Shown here: positions 39,583 to 48,962 of the stretch, piece by piece
Layout: every line of letters begins with the position of its first letter
Numbering within the stretch: position 1 is the first letter of the stretch
The notes under the pieces: generated by a model
Databases searched by the model: none
Seen by the model: only the letters and a program-made list of their open reading frames with translations
Told to the model about the DNA's origin: nothing
Made by a program: the position numbers and the translations under genes
Assembly: GCA_963743435.1 (NCBI GenBank)
Contig: CAVUPG010000004.1
Coordinates: 176,238 to 240,237, forward strand
DNA: 64,000 nt
Direction: 5' to 3'
Origin: an uncultured Candidatus Saccharibacteria bacterium
GTDB taxonomy: Bacteria > Patescibacteriota > Saccharimonadia > Saccharimonadales > UBA4665

Positions 39583-40045
39583 CAGATTGGAGCCCTACCG
39601 TATTGGCATTAGTACTATTATTAAAGCTTATTTTGCCGTTGACTGCGTTGGTCCCACCATTGTAGTTGCCGAACTGGATTTCCCCATTGGTGGTATCTGC
39701 GTTGAAGAGGTTAACCCCGTTCGCATTTTGGATAGTAAATGCAGATGTACTGCTCGTCTGGCTGTAACGAATATCCTTGCCGTTTGCGCTCATCGCTTGA
39801 CCATTGTAGATAGTCGTGGAGCTGAGATTTAGGCTACTGGAACCTGTACCAGAGAATATGTTGCCAAACACGATTGTATTGATGACATTCCCGCCAGTAC
39901 CCTTTATCGCGTAGCCACTGCCGGCGGTATCAGTGATCCGGTTATTGGAAATCTGGTTGCCTGTTGCGCCGCCAGTACCCCTAAATTCGATAGCACTCCA
40001 GCTGCTAGTACCACCGTTGTCGTACAAGTTATTGCCTGACACCAA
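39437..40045 (-). CDS. fibre C fragment (end of beta-helix domain 1 + stalk unit)
   Basis: Contains NRITDTAGSGYAIKG...GQAMSANGKDIRYSQ...[35 protein letters not shown], then a frame break inside or next to the Gly-codon run at about 39455-39480. Confidence 0.65.
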   Translation of the reverse strand: MVSGNNLYDNGGTSSWSAIEFRGTGGATGNQISNNRITDTAGSGYAIKGTGGNVINTIVFGNIFSGTGSSSLNLSSTTIYNGQAMSANGKDIRYSQTSSTSAFTIQNANGVNLFNADTTNGEIQFGNYNGGTNAVNGKISFNNSTNANTVGLQSGATSTSYNLTLPTGLGSSGDCLVDTTGTGVLGFTSCGGGGGGGATRPR

Positions 40046-40197
40046 GTTATAGTTAACGCCCTGGAACTGGATGACCTCTGAGTCGCATTGCCTGTCAGGG
40101 TGTTATCCGTAACTTTAGAGTAGTTACCGTACAGCTGGATACCCGTATCGGAGTTGCCTGATACATAGTTGCCATTGACGTCATTGTAGCTATTCAT
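39904..40197 (-). CDS. fibre C fragment (beta-helix turns)
   Basis: Contains NGNYVSGNSDTGIQLYGNYSKVTDNTLTGNA. Short piece between two frame breaks. Confidence 0.5.
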   Translation of the reverse strand: MNSYNDVNGNYVSGNSDTGIQLYGNYSKVTDNTLTGNATQRSSSSRALTITWCQAITCTTTVVLAAGVLSNLGVLAAQQATRFPITGSLIPPAVATR

Positions 40198-40205
40198 ACG
40201 AATAC

Positions 40206-42128
40206 CTATCGAGCCGTTGCCTGAAACAATGTTATTCGAGATTGTCGTACTTTATCTCCAGCTAATATACCCATATTGCCATTCGAGCTTACCGTGTTGC
40301 CACTAATAAGTAGGCCGCTAGTCGAGCTGCTGTCGATACCTCTACTTGAGTTTGAGGTGACAGTGTTGTTGACTATTTTTGCGTTGGGTGCACCCTTAAT
40401 GTATAGGCCAGAGTTATTTGTCACGCCTTTGATTGTGCTATTCTCTATCGTGCTTGAGTTAAAGTTATTGGCGTACACTGCCACGCTCCGCGTGTTTTGA
40501 ATGGTTATATCGGAAATAATCACGCCCGGCGTGCTCGTGACATTCGTGTATATACCTTGGTGGTTTGCACTACCGTTGTTCGCGGCATTACCATCCAACA
40601 TCATGTTAGTGATTTTCACCCCGGCCGAGCTGGTAGTGACCATGTTTATCGTAGCTGTGCTGTCGGCGATAATCAGCTTTGTGCCGACACCGGAGCCAGT
40701 AAACGTCACATTGGCCGGGATGGTTATCGCACCGTCAATCACATACGTCCCCTCCATCAAGTACACAGTACCACCGCTAGCTGGGAGGGCTGCAATGGCT
40801 GCATTTATGGTGGTCTGGGCACTGGTACAGCTGCTGGCAACATAGTCAGCACCGTCGTAGTTCTGTGAAGCAGTTGGGGTGGTACCAGTACAACCAGTGG
40901 TTGGGCCCATGGCGACAATCTTGGTGGCGGTAGAGCGATCACTCACCCACTTGGTGCCGTTGTACTGGAGGAGTTGGTGAGTACTGGTGTCGAAGTAGAG
41001 CATACCCTCAGTTGGTGAAACAGGGCGAGAGGCGGTGTTGCCGCCGGTGAAGGAGATAGTCTGGTTGGCACCGAGGACAGCACCAGCGTTGATGTTGACG
41101 CTGTCATTGAGGTTAATGGTCCCTGCCCCGTCGAGGACGATGTTGCCACTCGTGGTGGTGGTAAGGTTGAGGTCACCACTGGTGACGTTGAGGGCTGCAC
41201 TGAGGTTGGTGGAGGCGATGTTGCTGAGGCTTGTGTTAGCACCGCCACCACCTCCTCCGGTACAGTTGGCGAGCGTGACCAGACAGAAGGTGTCGCTCGT
41301 ACCGGCTAGATCTGGAAGACTGACGGTACCATTCGCAACCGTCTGCGCAGCAATGTTTAGACTCACCTTGTACGCACTGGCGCTGTTGAACAAATCGATT
41401 GTTCCGGTTGTGGTACTAGCCGTACCGACGGCTAATGAGGACCCAAAGATTCCTTTGCCGGAGATGTTCAGGTTACCCGTTTGGGCGGTGCCCGGGGTGC
41501 TGCCTTGGAGTTGGATGTAGGCACCATTGGCAGCTGCGCCGGTCAGGAGCGTGTAGGTACCAGCGGCGCCCTGGTCCGGGATGACGAAGGTCTGGTCACC
41601 GACAGTTGGAGCTTGGATGCTGAGGGTTGAGCTCAGTGCACCACTGGTGGTGACGAGCTGTGAGGCTGTCTTCGCATTGAACGCATACGGTACGGCGGTG
41701 AGGGAGAGGCGTGGGGACATCTCACCGTCCCATGAGTTGGAGGTGCCAGTACCACCGATGTCCATGGTGAGGTAGAGCTGTTGGTCCCATGGGATGGTGG
41801 ATGGGAAGCTGGTGATGGCACCGAGGTCAACGCTGAGGTAGCCGTTGGCAACTCTGACTCGGTTGTCAGGAGCACCACCGTTGTAGTCACGGGTTTCAGT
41901 CCAGAGGAGAGAGCCACCAGTGGAGGCGTCGTAGAGCTTGAAGCGGACGTTGTAGTTGCCGTCTGGGGCGATCTGACCTGCTCCCTTCTGGAGGCGGGCT
42001 TGGAAGTTCAGGGTGTCGTTGGTGGCAGCATACGCAGGCGTAGACACGCGCGTAAGGAAAAACAGGGGTAGGATGAGCAAGAACAAGACCGAGATAGCAC
42101 GGGCCATGGTGAGGATACGACCAGACAT
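40206..42128 (-). CDS. fibre C, N-terminal fragment: signal peptide, conserved N-terminal domain, stalk module, beta-helix domain 1
   Basis: Same MSGRILTMARAISVLF... start and SD as fibre A. It continues WVSDRSTATKIVAMGPTTGCTGT...AIAALPASGGTVYLMEGTYVIDG without a break, which shows how the fibre A junction should read. Confidence 0.8.
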   Translation of the reverse strand: MSGRILTMARAISVLFLLILPLFFLTRVSTPAYAATNDTLNFQARLQKGAGQIAPDGNYNVRFKLYDASTGGSLLWTETRDYNGGAPDNRVRVANGYLSVDLGAITSFPSTIPWDQQLYLTMDIGGTGTSNSWDGEMSPRLSLTAVPYAFNAKTASQLVTTSGALSSTLSIQAPTVGDQTFVIPDQGAAGTYTLLTGAAANGAYIQLQGSTPGTAQTGNLNISGKGIFGSSLAVGTASTTTGTIDLFNSASAYKVSLNIAAQTVANGTVSLPDLAGTSDTFCLVTLANCTGGGGGGANTSLSNIASTNLSAALNVTSGDLNLTTTTSGNIVLDGAGTINLNDSVNINAGAVLGANQTISFTGGNTASRPVSPTEGMLYFDTSTHQLLQYNGTKWVSDRSTATKIVAMGPTTGCTGTTPTASQNYDGADYVASSCTSAQTTINAAIAALPASGGTVYLMEGTYVIDGAITIPANVTFTGSGVGTKLIIADSTATINMVTTSSAGVKITNMMLDGNAANNGSANHQGIYTNVTSTPGVIISDITIQNTRSVAVYANNFNSSTIENSTIKGVTNNSGLYIKGAPNAKIVNNTVTSNSSRGIDSSSTSGLLISGNTVSSNGNMGILAGDKVRQSRITLFQATAR

Positions 42129-42275
42129 GACGAGACCCCTCAAGTCGGGGTGACTGGGGGTATGACGAGGCGGTATGGGCGTATTGCCTGAGAGACCTGG
42201 CATGTTTGAGTTTTGGGTTTTGGTTTAGTTTTTGAAAATGTTTGTTTGTATCGGTGTTTTGGGTTTGATTGATAC
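41664..42275 (-). repeat. shared 5' module, copy C
   Basis: See 27071-27685. Confidence 0.8.
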
Positions 42276-42512
42276 GCTCTCATTTTCCTCCTGATGCACT
42301 CGGTACGGCAAGGTGTTAGAGGCAAGAAACTTGCTCAAGTAATTGACATGGTGTATAAACTTATTTACAACAATTATTGTTGTGCTAGTTGCTACATAAC
42401 TGCTCGGAACTGATACCGCCGCTCGTATTGCTCGATGTGTAGCAGTCTCAAGTTAGAATTTTTTGTAGTAATTTATACATTTTATGATTTCCATACCACT
42501 TTGTTATTACCT

Positions 42513-42523
42513 AGTTATCCACA
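42513..42523 (-). promoter_or_regulatory. conserved 11-mer TGTGGATAACT, copy 3, 385 nt upstream of the fibre C start
   Basis: Exact AGTTATCCACA. It shares the 16-mer AGTTATCCACAGGCAA with copy 4, but the flanks are otherwise unrelated. Confidence 0.55.
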
Positions 42524-42549
42524 GGCAACGTCCCCTCAGCATCCATTTT

Positions 42550-43470
42550 CTATTCGAGCGCCTGGATGTACGCAACCCAGTCAGTAATCTCAAGTTCTTT
42601 CGGCGAGGTAATAAACAGGAGTAGCTGCCGATGCACAAGAACTAGACGCTGGTAGCCGCCTTCCGAGGTTGCGATGTAGACTTTGCCGTTTGCCGTATCA
42701 AAGCTATCAGTCGCACCGATACTTTGTTCTGCAATCTTCGCCAACTTGTCTGGGTTTTGTTTGATATCGTCAGGGAGTGGCTGTTGGCTAATCGTCAGTG
42801 ATGAGCCAAGGTAGGTGTCATTGTACTTGTAGAGCTGTTGTTTTGCGCTGTAGACGGAGGACGCATCGACACTACTCTTGTCTGATATAGATGGCTTAAG
42901 AGGTGCATACGTCGGTTGCTCAGATCCGCTTTGTTTGGCCAGTCTTGCCGCTTCATTGGTCTTGCGAAGCCATACATTCCCCCCAGCTAGTAGCGCGATG
43001 ACAACAAGTACGAGTACGGCCCAGCGCATATAGCGCCAATCTGGCAACAGCTTCTTCAACTTTGGCAGTGTAACCTGTGGCAAATGGATGTTGATTGCGA
43101 TATCACCTTGGTTGGTCGATTTATCGACCTTACTTGGCTTTGGGGAGTTGGGGGTTGCGCGCCAGTTTAGCGTCGGTGCCGCAGACCGAGCGGGTCGTGG
43201 CATAGACTTCGGCTGGGACGCCGGTTTCGGCTCAACCGTCGTGAATCTGGGCTGCTGTGACTGCGGGAAGCCCGTGCGAGGACGTGCCGTAAAGCCATCT
43301 AAGCCCGCTGCAGGAGATTTTTTGGTGCCACTAGTCATGGGTTCCTTGAAAGAGGGTACTCTGCCCTGTGTGGCGCCGAAGGCATCCCTCTGAGGCGACG
43401 AGTCGTCATTCAACCAATCTAGCCAGGCCTGGTTCTGTGATATATCTGATTTTTTCTTGCGTAGTCCCAT
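42550..43470 (-). CDS. single-pass membrane protein: disordered Pro/Ser/Lys-rich N-terminus, about 130-aa extracytoplasmic C-terminal domain
   Basis: 306-aa ORF with a TM helix (WAVLVLVVIALLAGGNVWL). It starts 8 nt after the stop of the Kelch-like gene and is probably co-transcribed. Confidence 0.6.
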   Translation of the reverse strand: MGLRKKKSDISQNQAWLDWLNDDSSPQRDAFGATQGRVPSFKEPMTSGTKKSPAAGLDGFTARPRTGFPQSQQPRFTTVEPKPASQPKSMPRPARSAAPTLNWRATPNSPKPSKVDKSTNQGDIAINIHLPQVTLPKLKKLLPDWRYMRWAVLVLVVIALLAGGNVWLRKTNEAARLAKQSGSEQPTYAPLKPSISDKSSVDASSVYSAKQQLYKYNDTYLGSSLTISQQPLPDDIKQNPDKLAKIAEQSIGATDSFDTANGKVYIATSEGGYQRLVLVHRQLLLFITSPKELEITDWVAYIQALE

Positions 43471-43478
43471 AAATACTC

Positions 43479-45284
43479 CTAAAACGGTGTGTCGAGCGGT
43501 TGCTGCTCGCCCCCAACAAACGTTTTACCATGTATGAGACGCTTGCTCGGATCGGCAGTGTAGAACAAGCTAAGGTCGGCAATAGTCGGGCCGCGTGTCA
43601 CATCCTCTGGGTACCCATATGCTCTCTGGCTATCAATCGTCACGATCATGTAGAAGTAGCGGGCACAGCTCGTATTCGTACCAGAGCCATCTTTCGGCGT
43701 ATAGGTCTGCGGTATACCGAGTGGGACCTCGCCAAAGTCAGTGTCAACGCCCCAGGTGGTCATCGCCGACGTACTGCACTGATCCCCTGCTCCACCGTTC
43801 GACTGCGGGTCGGTCATGCTACGGTAGCGCATGTACCAGCGTGCACCAGTCGAATTGTCGAGACCGTTCATGAGCCACTTTGTCGGGAATACATCGGTGT
43901 CGGTATCGATGAGACGCGAGTAGCGCGCAATCTGCGGCTGCGACTGCAGCGTGCTGTACTGCACTCGGTTTGTTGTGGTAATCATCGAGCCATTGCATTG
44001 CCCGCCGAGCACATAGGCTTTGCCGCTGTCATAGACAGCCGCTGCGCCGTAGCGGTTACCGCTGTATTTGATATTGGTGGCGTACCACTCACCGATACCC
44101 GTTGGGTTGTTGCCCGTAGAGATTGTCGTGTTGGCACTGATTGGTGCCACGATGGTGTTTGAGGTGCAGGTCGTATTAGTCGAACGCCCGCCAAAGAGAT
44201 AGATAAAGCCGTTCGCCGCAAAGCCATCCGCCTGACGGAGATCCACCGGCAGACTCGTCGTGTATGTCCAACTCCCGACCGACCCGTCATCGATGACGTA
44301 TTTCGTGCCCGCGGCAACTGTCCGACTGGCGTCTACCGTTAGTGACGTAGCGCTCGTGTAGCCAGTGATCGTTGCCGTGGCACCATCGGCGTACTGTATC
44401 TTGTCGCCGACCATGGCAGCTGTCCATGATGTGCCCGAGCCAGTCACCGTAGTCCCTGACTGAGAGAGCGTCCCTGCTTTATACCCTATCGAGGAGAACT
44501 GGGCGTCGTTGAGATAATTGGACCCGGTATAGCCCCCGAAAATGTAGAGGTTGTTAGCATACGCGATTGCCGTTGTTCCGTTACGCGACACATTAAAGTT
44601 CGTGGAAGTAGTCCCCCATGAGCTAATAGCCCCACCACTCACTTGATCCGAGCTGACGTAGACGGTGTTGGTGGCAGTACCGCTCGCATTATTGCCCCCC
44701 ACCACATAGAGCCGGTCGTGCCAGACCGCCGCCCCAAACTGCGTACGGCCCGCTGGCAGTAGACCAGAGCCAGTGGAGGACGTCCAGGAGCCAATCGTGC
44801 CACTGCCCGGGGTCGTGTAATACACGTTGGTTTGGCCGTTATTGGATCCGCTAGCTTGGCCGCCGACGTAGTACAGTGAGCCTCCAGCCGCCATCAGCTT
44901 CCCCCAGGATCGTGCGGCTGGCAAGGTTGCGACACCCGAGGTTGTCCAGGTGCCGATAGTACCGTCAGCGGCGTTGATAGGTGCGCTCTCAACTGACGTC
45001 GTTGCAGTCGTACAGTCCGTCGCGGCGGTGGTACAGCCACCTGCGAAGTATATGTAGCCGTTGACAATAGCTGCGCTCCCACCGTAACGATTGGTGGCGT
45101 ATTGTGCGCCGTTATTGTATGCCTTGGGTGAGCCAGAGTAGTTATTGTAAAGCTGGAAGGTCTGTACGGTGCTGGTCATCGTACTACAACTCGCCGGCGG
45201 CGTACCGACACTACAGCCACCGATGGCATAGACATAGCCGTTGTTTACGACCGTACGGAGATCCCATCGAGCTGTCACTGTCAC
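43479..45284 (-). CDS. Kelch-like multi-propeller protein, C-terminal fragment (601 aa)
   Basis: Blade signatures NGYVYAIGG, NGYIYFAGG, GSLYYVGG, DRLYVVGG, NNLYIFGG, GFIYLFGG and KAYVLGG, each followed by a Trp-containing strand. Confidence 0.7.
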   Translation of the reverse strand: MTVTARWDLRTVVNNGYVYAIGGCSVGTPPASCSTMTSTVQTFQLYNNYSGSPKAYNNGAQYATNRYGGSAAIVNGYIYFAGGCTTAATDCTTATTSVESAPINAADGTIGTWTTSGVATLPAARSWGKLMAAGGSLYYVGGQASGSNNGQTNVYYTTPGSGTIGSWTSSTGSGLLPAGRTQFGAAVWHDRLYVVGGNNASGTATNTVYVSSDQVSGGAISSWGTTSTNFNVSRNGTTAIAYANNLYIFGGYTGSNYLNDAQFSSIGYKAGTLSQSGTTVTGSGTSWTAAMVGDKIQYADGATATITGYTSATSLTVDASRTVAAGTKYVIDDGSVGSWTYTTSLPVDLRQADGFAANGFIYLFGGRSTNTTCTSNTIVAPISANTTISTGNNPTGIGEWYATNIKYSGNRYGAAAVYDSGKAYVLGGQCNGSMITTTNRVQYSTLQSQPQIARYSRLIDTDTDVFPTKWLMNGLDNSTGARWYMRYRSMTDPQSNGGAGDQCSTSAMTTWGVDTDFGEVPLGIPQTYTPKDGSGTNTSCARYFYMIVTIDSQRAYGYPEDVTRGPTIADLSLFYTADPSKRLIHGKTFVGGEQQPLDTPF

Positions 45285-45523
45285 ACTTGAGGTAGCGAAC
45301 TGACTGATACTGCCGTCACTGACGTTAATCTTGGCATAGAGGAGGTCATTGAGTGACCCGCCCTCAGAGACGTTAAGCCCGCGAGCGCATAGAGATAGCC
45401 GTTGTAGCCAAAGGCAGACCCACGCCGACGGACCGGGTTCAATTCGACCGGTACATCATCGCCATTGCCTTTGATGCCATACGGGCCCCGCGTCGCTGGC
45501 AGATATCCACGCGCTGCCACCAT
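45281..45523 (-). CDS. Kelch-like protein fragment
   Basis: Contains YNGYLYALAG. Short piece between frame breaks. Confidence 0.45.
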   Translation of the reverse strand: MVAARGYLPATRGPYGIKGNGDDVPVELNPVRRRGSAFGYNGYLYALAGLTSLRAGHSMTSSMPRLTSVTAVSVSSLPQV

Positions 45524-46052
45524 CTGCCGCCACGATGTTGTTAGAATTATCTATCTTGGCGTACAGCACCTCGCCACGCTCACCCTCGTTCGGGCTCTGG
45601 CCGCCGATGAGATAGATGTAGTTGGCATAGACCGTACCGGCTGCTACCCCGAGACCCTGCGTGCCAGCGGTTGTTTCTGAGTCAATCTGGAGTTGTCCGC
45701 TCGTCGTACAGGTGCTACCCGATGTTTCTAGCGATCCGTCAGTCTTAATATAGCACTTATACACTTCTGTGTAGAGCGTACCTGTGCAGTCGAGGCCGTT
45801 ATCTGCCGCCGTGACACCGCTACAGCCACCGAGCACATAGAGATTCCCTGGGTATGTACCAGCCGATGACGGATTTGCCCGGGTAAACGCGTACTGGTAT
45901 CCCTTAGCGTTACCGAGCCCTACATTGCCAAATGTCTGAGTGGACCACGATCCCCAGGTACCATCGCTATTAAAGGTCGACCCGCATAACCGTATCTTGC
46001 CACTGCGTACCTGTCGTTCCACCGATGATGTACATGGTGTTGTTAAACACAC
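45456..46052 (-). CDS. Kelch-like protein fragment
   Basis: Contains GNLYVLGGCSGVTAADNGLDC and ANYIYLIGGQ. Confidence 0.6.
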   Translation of the reverse strand: MCLTTPCTSSVERQVRSGKIRLCGSTFNSDGTWGSWSTQTFGNVGLGNAKGYQYAFTRANPSSAGTYPGNLYVLGGCSGVTAADNGLDCTGTLYTEVYKCYIKTDGSLETSGSTCTTSGQLQIDSETTAGTQGLGVAAGTVYANYIYLIGGQSPNEGERGEVLYAKIDNSNNIVAADGGSAWISASDAGPVWHQRQWR

Positions 46053-46299
46053 TATACCCGAATGCGGAAATTTTGTCTGGCATCGATCCGCTGCCGTTTA
46101 TCGCGCACCAACTACCTACGAAACTGCCTGAGCAGCTCGAAATTCGTGTGATGTGTCCTGCGGAATCGATAGCAGCATATGCGATGTTGTCGGTCGACTT
46201 CCCAGAGTTACCTGTGAAACACACACTATTATTCCCAACTGCCGTGCAGCCCCCGATGTAGTAAATGTAGCCATTGTTGATTATGGCACCCCCGGACAT
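45970..46299 (-). CDS. Kelch-like protein fragment
   Basis: Contains NNGYIYYIGGCTAVGNNSVC and NNTMYIIGGT. Confidence 0.55.
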   Translation of the reverse strand: MSGGAIINNGYIYYIGGCTAVGNNSVCFTGNSGKSTDNIAYAAIDSAGHITRISSCSGSFVGSWCAINGSGSMPDKISAFGYSVFNNTMYIIGGTTGTQWQDTVMRVDL

Positions 46300-46345
46300 A
46301 CCCCCCGCCTGGCCGTTACCATCCCCCTGTGGTGGCAGGTCGCAG

Positions 46346-47218
46346 TTATAGTAGCCCGTACCCTGACACGCAGGGTGACGTCCCGTTTGAAACAGATGTA
46401 CTCACCGTGCTCACATCACCGTCTGGGTTAATCTCACCAATGTCTGTTGTTGTTTTTACGCTCGTGCAGGCCCCTGTTGACGTGTTTTGGGCACTACACC
46501 CACCGATGCCGTAGAGCGCGTTACGCCACACCATGAGCCCATAGCCCATACGGCTATTGGTGATGTTGGTAACGGTGGTCCAGTCTGTGATGCTACCGTC
46601 CGCATTGATGCTCGCAAGTTGGACATCATTGGCGATGCTCGTACAGTAGCCACTGCCATTCACCGTCGAACAACCACCGGCCACATAGATGTACCCACCC
46701 CATATGGTCGCGAATTTACCCCCAAGTGCTGCCCGAGCCGTCGTAGTACCTGTATTACCTATTGGGTTACCCGTTTGCCAGGAGTTGATAGTGCCGTCAG
46801 TGTTTATTTTGGTATACAGTACCGCACTCTGCGTTGTCGTCCCACTGATACCCCCGATGACGTATAAGAAGTCGTTATAGGTTTGCAGACTGTGACTCAT
46901 TATTGCTGAGGACAGTTGGGACATGCCTGTTGTCGTCCAGTTTGTCAGCTTGCCGGTTGGGTTAATGTCTGCCTTCTGTACGGTTGTAGAGCCGCCAGTC
47001 CATCCAGATGTTGAGCCGCCTACAACATACATACGGTTGTTATACGCGACCGCACCCAGGAACGCACGGTTTGAGCTCAGCGCCGTGTCGCTGTACCAGT
47101 AGACCCAGTTGTTTTTGTTAGTGTCAGTTGGGTGCCAGAGCTGGGGTTCGCCATTGGCGCCCAGCTTCGCAACATACACCGTACTCGTGGCGCTCCCCCC
47201 GCTATTGAGACCCACCAA
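46346..47218 (-). CDS. Kelch-like protein fragment (290 aa)
   Basis: Contains NNRMYVVGG, NDFLYVIGG, GGYIYVAGGCSTVNGSGYC and RNALYGIGGCSAQNTSTGAC. Confidence 0.65.
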   Translation of the reverse strand: MVGLNSGGSATSTVYVAKLGANGEPQLWHPTDTNKNNWVYWYSDTALSSNRAFLGAVAYNNRMYVVGGSTSGWTGGSTTVQKADINPTGKLTNWTTTGMSQLSSAIMSHSLQTYNDFLYVIGGISGTTTQSAVLYTKINTDGTINSWQTGNPIGNTGTTTARAALGGKFATIWGGYIYVAGGCSTVNGSGYCTSIANDVQLASINADGSITDWTTVTNITNSRMGYGLMVWRNALYGIGGCSAQNTSTGACTSVKTTTDIGEINPDGDVSTVSTSVSNGTSPCVSGYGLL

Positions 47219-47271
47219 ACAGATACAGATAGCCGTTATACGCCACTAGGGAGGCGCCTTGACGTACCTGG

Positions 47272-48456
47272 CTACTTGGGCAGGTTATATGCAGAGTTGG
47301 TGCACCAACTGGCACAGGCACCCGCACCGGGGTTTGGCTGCTCTATCAGCCCCGTTGAGTTGTTGATGTGTGCCCAATACACGTCGCCTTTGACCGACGA
47401 GCCGTCGTTACCACCGACGATGTAGATATACCCACCAGCGACCGCCGTGGATTGATTCCACCGCGCAGACGGCAATGCAGTCATGCCAGTTGTCACCCAG
47501 CTATCGAAACGCCCACCGGTTGTCTTCCCCTTTTGGATGAGCTCATTGTCGATGTCGAAGTCGATGTTACTCTCGTTGTTACCGCGCATGAGCTTTGCTG
47601 CCGTCTCGATGTAGACCGAAGGGTCAATCGTGAGTGGGTAGCTGGCGTCCTTGAGCCCTTCAGCGTAAATGGTCAGCACATTGTCCTTGAGGCCATACCA
47701 GGCTCTTGCGTTGCTGACTTGCTTCCCTGACTCTTTGATGAACGGTGCCGGGATGCTAAACAACAGGTTTGTCTTGGGTGCGTTGGCACGAGCTTTCTCG
47801 AGCAATTTCGCATCTGCATCGGAGCCAGTCGTCACATTGCCCAGGAGATTACTGTCTACACCGTAAATACCGATAGCGCCGCTCGGCTCCATGTGGGCTT
47901 CAAGCCCATCATCCAGAGACAGCTCATAGGAGAACTCTTGCTTGTCACCCTGATAATGGTTCAGGATGATATCCTCCTTGAGCTTGATGGCCTGGGCAGT
48001 AAACACTTGCTGGGCGTCGCGGCCCGTTACGGGATAGATGACACGGTTTTGGTTTGTCTGCGGAGCCTTAAGGTTAAACTTCGGCTTGAAGCCCATTGTG
48101 ACCTGGCTGACGGGATCTGTTATGGTCACGCCCTTCTCGGGGTCCTGGCTGAAGCTAGCACTAAATTTTGCTCTCGCCGAGTCTCCAGACATCGTTGTGC
48201 TCGGCGTGTAGTCTTTGTTGAATTCGATTGTTTGGGCCTTGGTATCTACCTTCAGGCTGTCGGCCAGGGTAGGCACGGCATCCGGCAGGAGTGCAGCGGC
48301 CTGAGGGGTAAGTGCATAGGCATTTGCCTGCTGCCGCCAAATAGACGTATCGATAAAAATCGTACTCAACATCAGAAGTGCCATGAGGCCCCATCCTAGT
48401 CGCGTTAGTACCGGATGTTTGCGCTTAGATGGCCGATACTGTTGTGCTAGGCGCAA
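47272..48456 (-). CDS. Kelch-like protein, N-terminal fragment (basic tail, TM anchor, non-repeat domain, first blade)
   Basis: TM helix LGWGLMALLMLSTIFI and the first blade GGYIYIVGGN. The start is uncertain: TTG at 48456, or ATG at 48665 (MDNRQKPTY...) joined through another frame break. Confidence 0.6.
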   Translation of the reverse strand: MRLAQQYRPSKRKHPVLTRLGWGLMALLMLSTIFIDTSIWRQQANAYALTPQAAALLPDAVPTLADSLKVDTKAQTIEFNKDYTPSTTMSGDSARAKFSASFSQDPEKGVTITDPVSQVTMGFKPKFNLKAPQTNQNRVIYPVTGRDAQQVFTAQAIKLKEDIILNHYQGDKQEFSYELSLDDGLEAHMEPSGAIGIYGVDSNLLGNVTTGSDADAKLLEKARANAPKTNLLFSIPAPFIKESGKQVSNARAWYGLKDNVLTIYAEGLKDASYPLTIDPSVYIETAAKLMRGNNESNIDFDIDNELIQKGKTTGGRFDSWVTTGMTALPSARWNQSTAVAGGYIYIVGGNDGSSVKGDVYWAHINNSTGLIEQPNPGAGACASWCTNSAYNLPK

Positions 48457-48764
48457 CGGTTTCGTATCTGATAGCGCTCGTGCTTTGCGCCGTAACTGCT
48501 GTATTGGGTGGCGAGGTATCCTAATCGATATAGTACCCTTGTGTGGGCTCCGGAGCGCGGTATCTCTTGAGCATGCGATTGTGCCGTCGGTCTTGCCGCT
48601 GGGCGTGCAGTATCATCGAGGTATGACGGGCCTGTACGATACGTTGGCTTTTGTCTATTATCCATGTCGGTTTCCAGCTGGTTGCGTGTAGCCGCTCTCT
48701 ACAGTGGCCGACGCTCCTATTACACTAATGCTTTCTAGTGTAGCACTTTTACCCCCGTTTGAAT

Positions 48765-48800
48765 AGCAAAAGCCCAGGGATAAAACCCTGGGCTTTTGCT
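48765..48800. terminator. perfect 15-bp inverted repeat, bidirectional intrinsic terminator
   Basis: agcaaaagcccaggg (48765-48779) / ccctgggcttttgct (48786-48800) with a 6-nt loop. The GC core is followed by TTTTGC on both strands. Confidence 0.7.
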
Positions 48801-48839
48801 GAATGTGTTTGTTTTGGTTACTGACCAGACAGTATGAAC

Positions 48840-48962
48840 TTACGCTAACGAAAAGAGCGGATCGTTCTGTATCTGGCGACGAAGGCGCAGTTGCTTACGG
48901 CGCTCGTTCTGAGGCAGCCGTTTCAGCACCCTATCGTCTTGCTTCTTTCTTTCCTTTTTCAT
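48840..48962 (-). CDS. candidate 40-aa basic small protein
   Basis: Encodes MKKERKKQDDRVLKRLPQNERRKQLRLRRQIQNDPLFSLA*. An ATG follows a C/A-rich tract like those in the fibre leaders, and the stop lies 40 nt before the 48765-48800 terminator. Below the ORF-track length cutoff, with no homology evidence. Confidence 0.3.
   Translation of the reverse strand: MKKERKKQDDRVLKRLPQNERRKQLRLRRQIQNDPLFSLA

Noticed and set aside
18981-42128. A prophage or phage-tail-like particle locus, because of tail-fibre- and tailspike-like motifs.
   Set aside because: No capsid, portal, terminase, sheath, tube, baseplate, integrase or lysis genes are present. The proteins carry Sec-type signal peptides and are far larger than phage fibres.
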